DNA of 25,279 nucleotides from Candidatus Izemoplasmatales bacterium (GTDB lineage Bacteria > Bacillota_I > Bacilli_A > Izemoplasmatales > Hujiaoplasmataceae), in the NCBI GenBank assembly GCA_028694875.1, contig JAQVKB010000001.1, forward strand, positions 1-25,279, read 5' to 3'. Of this stretch, positions 25,197 to 25,279 are shown piece after piece. Position 1 is the first letter of the stretch, and every line of letters begins with the position of its first letter. A program made the position numbers and the translations under genes. The notes below the pieces were generated by a model, which was not told where the DNA came from, ran no database searches, and was given only the letters and a program-made list of their open reading frames with translations.

Positions 25197-25279
25197 GAGA
25201 ATCACCTCTGCCTCTATTATATTACAAAATATTAGAAAAGCATATTACTTTACTTTATGAACTTTCTATTATAAGATCG

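Noticed and set aside
1-25279. CRISPR arrays, IS/transposases, integrases, prophage genes, tRNA/rRNA
   Set aside because: No spaced direct repeats, terminal inverted repeats or such ORFs were seen, and intergenic gaps are short and explained by promoters, leaders and terminators.

Overview
A housekeeping-rich window from a Bacillota/Mollicutes-type bacterium. It uses the standard genetic code (TGA ends tatD, hydC and the MFS gene; Trp is TGG), has sigma-A consensus promoters and strong AGGAGG ribosome-binding sites. The in-frame GdpP-L9 fusion together with an [FeFe]-hydrogenase suggests a free-living Acholeplasmatales/Izemoplasmatales-like anaerobe (inference). In order, the window holds: the 5' end of an AAC(3)-family acetyltransferase (minus); tkt-tatD; a small winged-helix gene and a hydCBA trimeric [FeFe]-hydrogenase operon (minus); ychF-cinA(pncC)-DUF1295-lipoprotein-MFS; rpsF-ssb-rpsR with an S6:S18 leader; gdpP::rplI-dnaB; prfA-prmC; a tail-anchored ankyrin protein; an HTH regulator, a CPBP protease and small membrane proteins; a DUF5662-like HD protein; and a YodB-like regulator followed by gnd (minus). 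I saw no CRISPR array, rRNA, tRNA or IS element. The most interesting signals are (1) a ~215-nt structured 5' leader of the hydrogenase operon with mutually exclusive anti-SD/anti-anti-SD pairings, a candidate undescribed riboswitch-like element; (2) a stripped-down HydB with the signature of non-bifurcating NADH-dependent hydrogenases; and (3) the c-di-AMP phosphodiesterase-ribosomal protein L9 fusion, which keeps a strong internal SD. All structure and promoter calls were made by eye, with no folding or database searches.
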